From NCBI GenBank assembly GCA_002269645.1, contig NIVC01000732.1, forward strand, positions 394,214 through 458,213: a stretch of DNA of 64,000 nucleotides. Reading direction: 5' to 3'. Shown here one piece after another: positions 1 to 10,600 of the stretch (position 1 is its first letter; the number at the start of each line of letters is the position of its first letter). Source of the DNA: Macrostomum lignano. Its lineage: Eukaryota. The position numbers and the translations under genes are program-made. The notes under the pieces were generated by a model. The model had not been told where the DNA came from and did no database searches. It saw nothing but the letters and a program-made list of their open reading frames with translations.

Positions 1-1570
1 AAGAGCTAACTTTCTATAAATATATATGATTCCTTGTATAAAATTAGGGATTCTTTAAAAAATTCATGCTGCAATATGCATATATCACACTCTTGACCCA
101 AGAAAATTATTGAAAGTGGTCAACCAATTAGCACAAAAAATTATAGACGGCTGTAATGGTGCAAGTGGTGTTTCGGCACACCACTTAAATTAAAGTTGAA
201 ATTTTTGGAGCAGTTACACTAAAGAAAATTATTATTTTATAAAATTAAGAGAGGCTAATAAAATTAGTAGGGCTTGAATTGAATAATATGCTGTGAAGAC
301 TCAAACTTGTAAGCCAAGAAGGCTAGAATTAGGGTTAGCAATTAGGCAATTAGGCAAACTATAGACATTAAGGAATGTGTAGGTATTAAATAAATAAATC
401 ATGCAGGTGCTAATAGTAGCTTAAAACCTATCACTTGGTCCCTTAGAATGCCATAATTTTGGACATTAGAATTAAAATATAGTGTTTTACTGATTGGGAA
501 CTTGTTCTTATTGGAAAACTTCTCATAAATATAGAAATATTAATATAAACAATACGAATAAATTTGCCTATTAAAACTTTGTGGCATTTGTAGGATTTTA
601 GAAGAAGGAAGTATACCCTGCAACATATGTGCAGAATATTTATGTGCTAAAGGATTTAGGTCTGAAATAAATGACAATAAATGTTATGTGAAGATGGTTT
701 ATATGTTGTTTTTTCAAAGCGTCACATATAAACTTTCAGTAAAAAGACTTCTTGGTCTGTGAGGTAGATTTTTTACTTATATGCTTGCATTTTTTAACTC
801 ATAATTTAAATGATTAGCACAATTTCTTAAATATCATGACTTGGCAAATTATTCATAATAATGTTTTCTTAAAAGGATTGTATATAAAGAAGAGACTGTA
901 ATTTGAACTTTCACTGAGTAGCTATTCCTTTTTTTGTTGGTTGAAATCATACAAAAAGTAATTGAACTAATAAAAGAAGAAGCTTGGAAATTATTAATTT
1001 AATCATCATCTTACAAAGTAAAAAAAACTTTTTGGGTGCAATTTTTTCATCAAATAATCTGCCAATGTATTAACTTTTTTAATATAGAAATACTTGCAAT
1101 TTGGAATATCCAAAAGTTCGTTCTTCATGAAGTAATCCTAACAAAATAAGTTGTGGTTTTTTTATAAGAGCAGAATGCTTCATCATTTTATGGAAAATTG
1201 AGTTCTGACTATTAGTTTGATCATTTCATATATCAGACATATTTAGCATTAAATCGGTACGCCTGTAGTACAGAACCTTCGGGGTAGTAAAATCACAGTG
1301 TAATAGCATTGCAAGCTGCAGTTTTTGCATGTGCGATTATTTTAAAAAATCGAATGCCAAATTAAACATGTACAAAAAACGATAATACAAAGAATATTTA
1401 ACAAATCATCTATCACGAAAGCAAGGATGTCATTTCTATTATTATCAATTTTTTAAATTATTTAAAAGTATCTCCGCAAGTTTATTCTGCATTTTCATAT
1501 CTAATTTTGTTATAAAAAGGGGTGTCCAATGTGTCCAATGTGCCAGTGCCAGCTTTTATACACACCCCTA

Positions 1571-2930
1571 AACCTGTTTTCTACATTTTGAGACGGTAAT
1601 TTATAACAAATCGTTAAGTGAGAAATATTTGTCAATGCTGCTTCAGTAAATTTCTTTCTACTAGTGTTATTCTTTTAGTGTGAATATTCATTTTAACAAT
1701 AGTAAATATCAGTTTAAATTACTTTATCGATAGGTGTGATGAAGTCCACATGGACATTAAAACACAGCAGTTCATTTTTTTCTCAATACACGATCATTGA
1801 TCGCAAATATAAGTATAGATCAGATGCTTGGGTCTCTACTCGCTAATTGATGCTTTATTATATGGTACAAGTAAATGAAACTCGACTACTGGAATAAACT
1901 AGAAGACACGTTTTCATTCTGTATTTAATCACTATACACCTTGCCATTCTCCAGCTAAAAAAATTAACACTCTTCACGCCTCCATCTGCTTAGCTATTGA
2001 GTTGAAAAATAAAGTACAAACGTCAAAAGTACTTTAATGTGCCCCCATACCCAGTAAAGTTACAACTCTAGCTGTAGGAAGCCAGCTAGGCCCAGGAGAT
2101 TATATAAGAAAAAATGAAAATAAAAAGCATCCTTTCAGCACATCTTGCAATCACAGTAAGAAAAAGACATGTAAATAATCTTCTACAATGTGTATTTGAT
2201 TAAAATGGACTTAGAAATTAATTTTTGGTGGATTTTTACACTACTAATTTTAGCAGTGTGTACTGCATAGTATCGATTATATTTACGAGTTAATAAGTAA
2301 AAGTAGAAATTAAAAGCAGTAAAAATTAAGAATGACAGTTTGGCTGTTTGGGTTGAGAGGAGGGTTAATATTGATTAAAAAACACATTCTCATCATTAGT
2401 AAATGATTCAGAGAACCATCAACAGAACAAAAAAGTAGATTCATGCATGGGGACGAGGAGTTGATGCATAAGCCAGGTATATTTATTTATCACATAGACT
2501 CGCAACTCGTATTTTGCCTTTTACTGAAAATATTCAGTTGCTGCCTTGTGTAAACATATTCTGGCATAAGTCAAAAGAAGCGATATAAGACAGCTTTACC
2601 ATACCAGCTACTATACATAATTACATGTAAAGCTGCTTCCAATATAAACATTATTCAATCAGTGAATACTTAAAATTAGAAACTAGAAAGCGCGGATATA
2701 ATTTTATCACTATTCTTTCGGCCACCGCGTGCTCGAAGAATGCACTGCCAGCTAGACTTGATTATACCTATCAGTAAAGTAATTTAAACTGATATTTACT
2801 ATTGTTAAAATGAATATTCACACTAAAAGAATAACACTAGTAGAAAGCAATTTACTGAAGCAGCATTGACAAATATTTCTCACTTAACGATTTGTTATAA
2901 ATTACCGTCTCAAAATGTAGAAAACAGGTT
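1571..2930. mobile_element. Non-autonomous DNA transposon with ~170-bp terminal inverted repeats and TA flanks (Tc1/mariner-like or foldback)
   Basis: 1569-1740 (taaacctgttttctacattttgagacgg...) is the near-perfect reverse complement of 2761-2932. TA lies on both sides (1569-1570, 2931-2932). No internal ORF of 60 aa or more in the track. Confidence 0.75.
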
Positions 2931-4557
2931 TAGACTGACTATCTACCCATTTAAAATTTTAAACTAGGTTTTTACAACCCTTAAAACATTGTGTATGAAT
3001 ACTTACCGGTTTTTAAAAATGAAATTTTGTCATTTGTTTTGTTTTACTGAGGACGTTAAAATGACGCTTAAACTCATTTTAAGTCATTTTAACTTATTTT
3101 AAGCCACTCGAACGCACCCATTTTATTAATATTAAATATTTTATTAATATATTAATATTATATTATTATTAATTAATAATTAATATTATATTATTTATAT
3201 CACTTATTATTCACCGAATTTTATATTGCATAGTAAAAAAACTAAATTTAATAAAAACTTTGAAGCTTAACAGAAAACGCATTTTGAAGTGTCTTCAGTT
3301 ATAGTCCAATTTGTTTTAATGTGTAGCGCTGCAGGGCGGTGCGGGGCGTGTTTTAGGGAGACCCAAAGCAAGGCATCGCTTCAAGGCTTGCTCGCCAAAA
3401 TTAACAAACTAATGAAACTACAAAGTAGTTACGTACTAATTGGTACTACTGATGAAAAAATAAATTTAAACATTTTTAATGAAAAATATTAAATTATAAA
3501 ATTACTTTTTATTTCTCAGATTTGACTTCCGACAATGAAGCATTTAGCCTCTTCGCATCACCAATTCCAGAACAAGAATCGGTTCGAATCTTCCAAGAAA
3601 AACAGCAGTATAACTATTTAACTCTGTTAATATTTGACTGCCTTTACAGCCTCACTTTGCACAACTTTTCACTTTCTTCTTGGCGATTTTCATTCAATAA
3701 TTAAGAGTTTATAGCAAGTATAATCCCACTAAGTTAAGGAGACAAAGTTATCCTTTACAAATTGGTTCTGGTTCTAGAACCAGAACAAGGAATATGAAGA
3801 GCCTCATTGTAAACTCCAGTACTTTGGCTTACGTCAGAAACTACTGCAGCTGAACTCTAGGTTTCTGGTGAAAGCGCTACTATAACTCGTTAAACTATAT
3901 TTAACCGAGTTCAGCACCACTTACTGGTATGGTCCGGCTTAATGTCTGCAACAAATTGGCAACAAAATCTAGCTTTACTGTTTAGAGAGTTGCATTAGAC
4001 CGCAACTACTGGAAGCAGTTAATATGGTTTCTCAAGTGGATTGAAAAAAATTCTGAATTAGACATGATAATATAAGTCTATAATAATTATGATTATTTGC
4101 ATGACGGCTGCAACCCTGCAAACAAAAATACTATGCTTGCTATTTTAGTGTACGTGGTATTCTATACTGGTGGAACTACTCATTTGCAAATTTAATATGC
4201 AGGTTGGCAGGTATCTCAAACTTTATTACGACTTTGCTTGAGTCGAGCTGGATTAAGTTTGGATTGTCACACTGGCAATCATAAAGTTGCTTCTTAGAGA
4301 TACTGCAGACTAGCGCAGCATCCAGAGTATGATTTGAAATAATTAAATGAAAACAAAGTTTGCAAGCAATCAACTTCTTTTATTCCATGCTTCTGTGCTT
4401 CCACGGATGCCAAGCCGTAAACGCCATGTTTAATATATTTGGATCTAACGCTTTATTATATGGCTATGAATCCAACCAACGTAAAACAGCGCATTCGCGA
4501 GTATGAAGGTAAGTTGAATATTCAATAATTATAGTTAGCATGTACTATTAGCATCCG

Positions 4558-4764
4558 TCAACGCAACCGACGCGCCTCCCGCTCAGACTCTAACAGAGTG
4601 AGAATATCGCCCTCGCGTACTGGGCCCTTCACGTTGCGAATAATCGATCGACTGCTCTCGTCGAGAAATTCAACGCGAACCTGGGTGCACTGGCCTTGGG
4701 ATCCGGTTCGGCCAACTACCTTGGTGACGCGGGCAAGACGGGGCTGTCCGGTTTTTGAGTCCAT
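4558..4764 (-). CDS. RPS28: 40S ribosomal protein S28 (eS28), 68 aa, intronless CDS
   Basis: Translation ...[59 protein letters not shown] is the canonical eS28 sequence. Acceptor tttcag ends 11 nt before the ATG. AATAAA on the minus strand at 4452-4457. Confidence 0.98.
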   Translation of the reverse strand: MDSKTGQPRLARVTKVVGRTGSQGQCTQVRVEFLDESSRSIIRNVKGPVREGDILTLLESEREARRLR

Positions 4765-4984
4765 TGTTATTTGAGCTGAAATTTTTTTATATTTTCGTTA
4801 GAAACGTTTAATGACAAAATCTACGCAAAGATTTCAAATTGAGTAGACAAGGTGTAAAATTAGAGTCCTTGCTAACAGAAAATAATTAGTGACATACGAG
4901 TCGTATAAAGAAAGCAAAATCGCTTAAATCAAATTTACAAATATGTATATATAAATACAAAAAATAGATTCAAAGTAGATAAGT

Positions 4985-5455
4985 AGTAGACAGACTGAGA
5001 GTAGACAAATGGTAGACTCAGGGTAGATAATTAGTGGACTCAGGGTAGATAATTGGTAGATTTGGAGTAGATAAATGGTAAGCTCAGAGTAGATAATTAG
5101 CGGACTCAGGGTAGATAATTGGTGGGCTCATAGTAGATAATTAGCGGAGTCAGGGTAGATAATTGGTAGGCTCAGAGAAGATAATTGTAGACTTAAAGTT
5201 GATTAATGTAGATTTAAAGCAGATAATTGGTAGCCTTAGGCTAGATAATTACTGGTAGATTCGGGTATATAATTGATAGGCTCAGAGTAGATAATTGGAC
5301 TCAGTAGATAATTGGTAGACTCAGAGTATATAATTAATAGGCTCAGAGTAGACTTACAGTTGATAAATGTAGATTTAAAGCAGATATTTGGTTGCCACAA
5401 GGTAGATAACTGGTAGATTCAACGTAGATAAATTGGTAGTTTATAAGTAGATAAA
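4985..5455. repeat. Degenerate ~22-bp tandem repeat (agagtagataattggtagactc-like) in the predicted RPS28 5'UTR intron
   Basis: Recurrent gtagataattggtag / gtagataaat cores about every 22 nt. Confidence 0.8.
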
Positions 5456-5482
5456 TGGAAGCCAAAGGTTACGCTTAGATAC

Positions 5483-5516
5483 CTGGATGGAAGCCAAATA
5501 AAATGAAGGAAGAGAA
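5483..5516 (-). promoter_or_regulatory. Putative non-coding exon 1 of RPS28 with 5'TOP-like pyrimidine tract
   Basis: The minus strand reads TTCTCTTCCTTC (5516-5505), then the donor CAG|GTATCT at 5483/5482. This pairs with the acceptor TTTCAG|C at 4776/4775, giving a 707-nt 5'UTR intron. Confidence 0.6.
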
Positions 5517-6390
5517 TGATTACAGCTAAATACAGGGCATCTAAAAACAACCTGCAGAAGCCTATACAAAAAGGTAAATGAATATCGCAAATAAAAGCTG
5601 TTTTTCTATCATTCTCTTATCCAAAATAGGGGCACACAATGCCATGGTGCCAATTGAATTACAGCAAATAGCTGTAATTAGTTACCAATTTACTTGTAGC
5701 AAACTTATACTATGCTGCACTCGGGGACAATGAGTTGGTTTATTGTTGCAATTTTATTAATATTAATCAGACGGCTGATCGCACAAAGAGATGGCCACAA
5801 AAATGTCACGAAACCGCAATTTTAAAAGACAATAAATTTGGAGACAATTTCAAAAGTACAATACTCGTAAAACTGCTGTCAACACACGCCAGTCATCAGC
5901 AACCTTAATAGTAGTTTTTTGCGAAGTTTCAATATCGCCAGCAAATATTTTTGCAGTTTAATTTGACGCACAAATTAAAGAATTCCCAACATAATATTGA
6001 ATGAAATGCGATGGTTAAATATTAGTTTGGAGAGAACAAACGAAAACAGACAAAAAATTACAAATTTTAGCTGGGAATCGTTACGAGACTAGTATTGTTG
6101 GGAACTTGTTACGCCGAAAAAATGTGAGTTTTGTTAAGAATAGAAAAAGTGTCAAATTAGCTCGTAATTAAGAGGTTTTATTATTTAAAAAGCGTATGCA
6201 AACATGAGCCCCTCACCTCCCGTTCTCGAACCCAATAAGCGTCAAAACAAGCAGAAAAAACTACTGACAGAAAAATGCGGACGAAGTCGAAACTGCGCAA
6301 AACTAACTAACCAAGCTTATGACGACTCCGCTTTTTTACCGAGGCCTTCCTTTGCGGCTAAAAATTATTAGTCTAAAATTGACGTCACTG

Positions 6391-7595
6391 TTAAGCCTTC
6401 AGCGCTTGTTTCTTCTGTTGCAGCTTAGCTTTCTTATTCTTGTTCTTATTCTTCTTTTTGTTATTAGTAGTAGCCGGCTGTGACTGCTGCTTAGGGGCGG
6501 CAGGAGCGGCAGGCTGATTAGATGGTTTCTTTGGCAGAGACGGCTGCTGCTCCGGCTTCTGTTTTACGCCAGCAACGTCGCCATTGGCATCGGCGGCCAA
6601 TTTTCGCTGTTTCCTCTCGGCGGCCAGCTGATTCTTATAGCTGGCCGATCGGCCAAACGCTACGCGCAGCTTGCAGCCTCGCACAGCGGCACCCTGGGCG
6701 GATTTCAAAGCTTTCAAAGCGTCGGCAGGCTGTGCGTATTCAGCGAACGCGTAGCCAACCGTTGACTTGTCGCGCAGGGTTGGCACTTTAACACTAGTCG
6801 CGTTCGGGAACAGAGCGGCCAACTCCTCTTTAGTGGCGTCTTTGGCAACATTAGTAATAAATAGTTGGCGCGTATTCAAAGTGGCCACATCAACGCTGCC
6901 AGTTTGTGCCATTTTGGCTACCAATTCAGACCCGTTGAACATTTTGCCATTGAGCATATTCACCCATTTGGCGGCCGTGGTCGAGTCTTTGTATTGAAGG
7001 AAAGCGTAGCTCCGATTTTCCGATTTATTCTTCGGATTGCAAGGAATTCGAGAGGATACAATCTCTTTAGATAGCTCTTTTAGCATAGCCTGGGTGCAGC
7101 CCTTCGGAATCGGGGTGATGAACACAGTGCAGTTAAGCGACTCAGTCATTAGACGCTTGATTTCTTCTACAATATCCGGCGGTCCCGGGTCCGACTCGGC
7201 GACGACAGAAGTGGCTGGTTGCTTTTTCTGCTTGCTGGCGGCTTGAGTAGAAGCTTCTTCGGCTGGACGCTTCTGGCCGCGCTGCTGTTCTTGCTGTTGT
7301 TGCTTTTGCTGCTGCTTGGCAGAAGCGTCAGTCTTTGCTAGCTTAGCAGGTGGCGCAGCCTCTTCTTCTTCATCGTCTTCTTCTTCTTCTTCATCATCGT
7401 CATCATTATCTTCTTCGCTGTCGCTCTCAGCTGGACGCTTCATGCGCGACAAAGCTAGCGGCTCCAGCTTCTGTTGACCTTTCTTCTGGACCGGGAGGGC
7501 AGCTGGCTCTTCTTCGTCGTCGTCTTCATCATCTTCCTCATCGTCCGAGGAGCCTGCGTCGGCCAGCAGCTTGGCAATGGATTCTTCGTTGACAT
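6391..7595 (-). CDS. NCL: Nucleolin-like protein, 3' part of last exon (acidic tract, two RRMs, basic tail)
   Basis: Open frame DVNEESIAKLL...LSRMKRPAES...stop at 6391. RRM1 has RNP2 VFITPI and RNP1 RSYAFLQY. RRM2 (LFITNV...LFPNATSVKVP...VGYAFAEY) resembles vertebrate nucleolin RRM3. AATAAA on the minus strand at 6177-6182. Confidence 0.85.
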
Positions 7596-7608
7596 CCTCG
7601 TCTAGTTC

Positions 7609-10600
7609 TTCTTCTTCTTCTTCAGTCCTTTTCTCGCCTCGCGGCGTGGACGCTCTGCCGCCGACTCACTGGCAGGTCTTTCGATGTCTGGCCATGTTCG
7701 TGCGGGCCAGCATCCTCCCGCAGTCCGGGCACGGAGCTCTGGCGCTCTTGTAGATCCGCGCCGTAATCCCCGTCGTCTGCTGGCCTCTCCCCGTTGGTAC
7801 TGCTGCTTCTTCTGCCCTCTCGTCCGGTGTCGCGCCCGCCTCTGGTTTCCTTCCGTTCTCCTTGCACCGTTTCCTATGCCGCGCGTGGTTGGACTTGCTT
7901 ATCCACTTGTTGCACTCTCCGCAGTGGACTTCTTTCGCCGATCGCTCCTCTCCTCCGCACCTCTTCTGGTGGTTTTTTCTTGTCGCCTCCGTGAAGAAGG
8001 TAGCGTTGCACTTTAGGCACGGCAGCGGTGTCTTCGTAAATTGATGGTGTATCCTCCGTTGGTGTACGGCTAACCCGGCTCTCGACGCGCACACCTTCCC
8101 GCAGTTCTCGTAATTGCACCTGTACCCGGTCAGCTCCGATTCCACTTCTCCGGCTTCTCTTTCCTGTGCTGTTTCTTCCTCAGTCGTCTCTGCTTTCTTT
8201 CCTTTCTTCCTCTCGCTCTCCTCCAGCGCTCTTTCCCTGATGCGTAACTTCTTTCTCCAAGCCTCTCTATCGGTCACCAGCCTTTCGACCTCCAGCTCAT
8301 CGATTTCTGCCGTGCGCAGTAGCTTTCTCCATACCGAGATGATGGTCTGCCTTCTCTTCCGCGCTTTCTTGATGGTAGTCAGCTTCTTGCTCCAGCCGAG
8401 GACACATCTTTTGACGGTGCTGGTATCCGGGAGTCTGAGTACGTGGCCTAGCCTGCGCCAGTGGGCCGATTCGACTTTGGCGCCGATGCTTCGGACCCGC
8501 AGTTCGTTCCGCACGTCCCACATGTTCACTTTTTTTCTCTCCATTTCTTTTAGCGGTGGTTCGGTCTTGCTGCTCCACACGTACCGATAACGACGGTCCA
8601 TTGCCTGCTGCATCCGCTTAATTTCCGACTTGTGGAAGGGCCGGGCGCCTGCATTGAAGAGCATCGTGCTCTCAACACAGGTCTCTATGATCCTAGCTTG
8701 GGTGCGTTTGCTTAGTCGTGTTTTGCGTAGCATGCATTTGACTCCCGCCCACGCTTTGGCAGCTCTCTGCAGCCGCTGGGCGGTGTCCTGCTTTCTGCCG
8801 ATCCAGGTGCCCAGTATCCGGATGTTCTGACTCTCAGGTGTTCCTAGCTTAGCTCGCTCTTCCTTCTCATCGTTCGTCCGTTCTTCTAGGATTCCGATGG
8901 TCTCGATGACGGTTCTCGTCCCTTGCTCGATTTCCTCGGATCCCCCGACAATAGTGGTGTCGTCAGCGAACAGTACTTCTGTGATTGTTATCTCCGCCGC
9001 TTCTTCGTTGTAACCTCCCATCTTTTTAGGCGGTAAGCATTTGCCCGGTCGGCAAACCCACTTGATTCCGCATTCGGCCCCGGTGTTCTTCGCTTTTTCC
9101 ATGCGCCTCTCTTTTGCTATCCGTATCGCCGTCTGGTGATAGATGTTGAAGAGGATAGGCGATGTGGCGCAGCCTTCTCTCAGCCCGCGTTGTGGGTAAA
9201 ATTCGGAACTTGTCTCTGCGCCGCACCGTACCGTGTACGCGGTGTACTCGTGCAGGTCTGCCAGCTTTTTTATCGTGCGCTCCGGCATGTGCTGATGTTT
9301 CAGCAGTTCCCAAAGAGCCGGCTTGTTTACCCGCGGGTAGGCCTTCTTAAGGTCTAGCAAGACTAGGCTGGTATCCATCGACTCTGCCCATTCTGGGCTC
9401 TCTCTGATCTTCTCGGCGTCCTCGTTCAGTCTGAGTATGATCTGGGTCGCATCCATAGTGGACCGGCCGCTCCGGAAACCGAACTGGTTGTCGTCTAGCA
9501 GACCCATGTTCTCCGTCCATGAGCTCAGCCTCGTCGCCAGTATCCGAGCGAGTATCCTGCTTGCGACTGGTAGGAGGCAGATCCCTCTGAAATTATTGAG
9601 GTTCGTCCGATCGCCTTTCTTGTGGAGTGGCATGATTACACCTACTTTCTGGTCCTCCTCCCAGGTGTCCGCTGGGTTGTTCCAGATGTAGTGCACTACT
9701 TTCCGGACCTCCGCTTGGGCCATTGCGCACGCGCTGGTGATGTAGCGCATTCGGATGCCGTCTAAGCCCGGGGCCCCGTCTTTGATCTTTTTGATTTCGT
9801 CGTCGATCTCTTTGTTTGTTAGTGGTCTGGACAGCCGGTCATTGGCTTCCTCTATCGTAGCCTTGTCTACGCTTGGCTTTGGGGCTGACCTAATTAGATT
9901 GAGCATTTCCTCCTGGTCGTTCTCGAACCGTTGCTCCTGGATCTTTGACAGGTGTTCCTTGAAGTCTTCCGCCGTGAACAGTGGTACTGTTCTGCTGTTG
10001 TTCTCATTTTGCTTTGTGTTCCTGCCCATCTTCCGCAAACAGTCGTACATCCCAGCCACGTTTCCCGTGTCGCAGTTCCGCTTGCACTCTTCGGCAATCT
10101 CCATCCACCACTGTTCCATCCACTCTTGGAGTTTCTTCTTCTGCTTTCCCCGCTTCTCTTTCAGCCCTTGTGTGGCTCGGGTCAAGGCCACCGTCCGCTC
10201 TTCTACTGTTAGGGTCCCTTCGGGTGACTTCTTAACTCGGTTGCGGGCGCTCAGGGCGTGCTCCACTTCTTTGTTAAGTTCTGCCAGCTCTTCTTCGTGC
10301 CCTACCATCCACGGGTTCGTCTGTCTCGTCTTTGGGCCGCAGATTTCTCTCGCGGCTTCAAGCATCGTTTGTTTCGTCGTTTCCCAGTCGGTCTCGCCCT
10401 TTCCAGCTAGCACTTCCTCCGTCTTATTTCTGTATAGTTCGCGTACGCCGACATCGCGGAGCCGGTCCCAGGCGATTTCGTTTTTTTGGTTTTTTGGATA
10501 CTTCCTGGTTGGTTCCGCGCATCTCTCCGCGAATCTTCTCTTCATGGTGATGACCTTCGGTAGGTGGTCGGACCTCGTATGGTGATTCGGATCGTGGTCG

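Noticed and set aside
4558-7452. Nucleolin-RPS28 operon resolved by trans-splicing
   Set aside because: A TOP-like exon with a GT donor at 5483 explains the RPS28 acceptor by ordinary cis-splicing.
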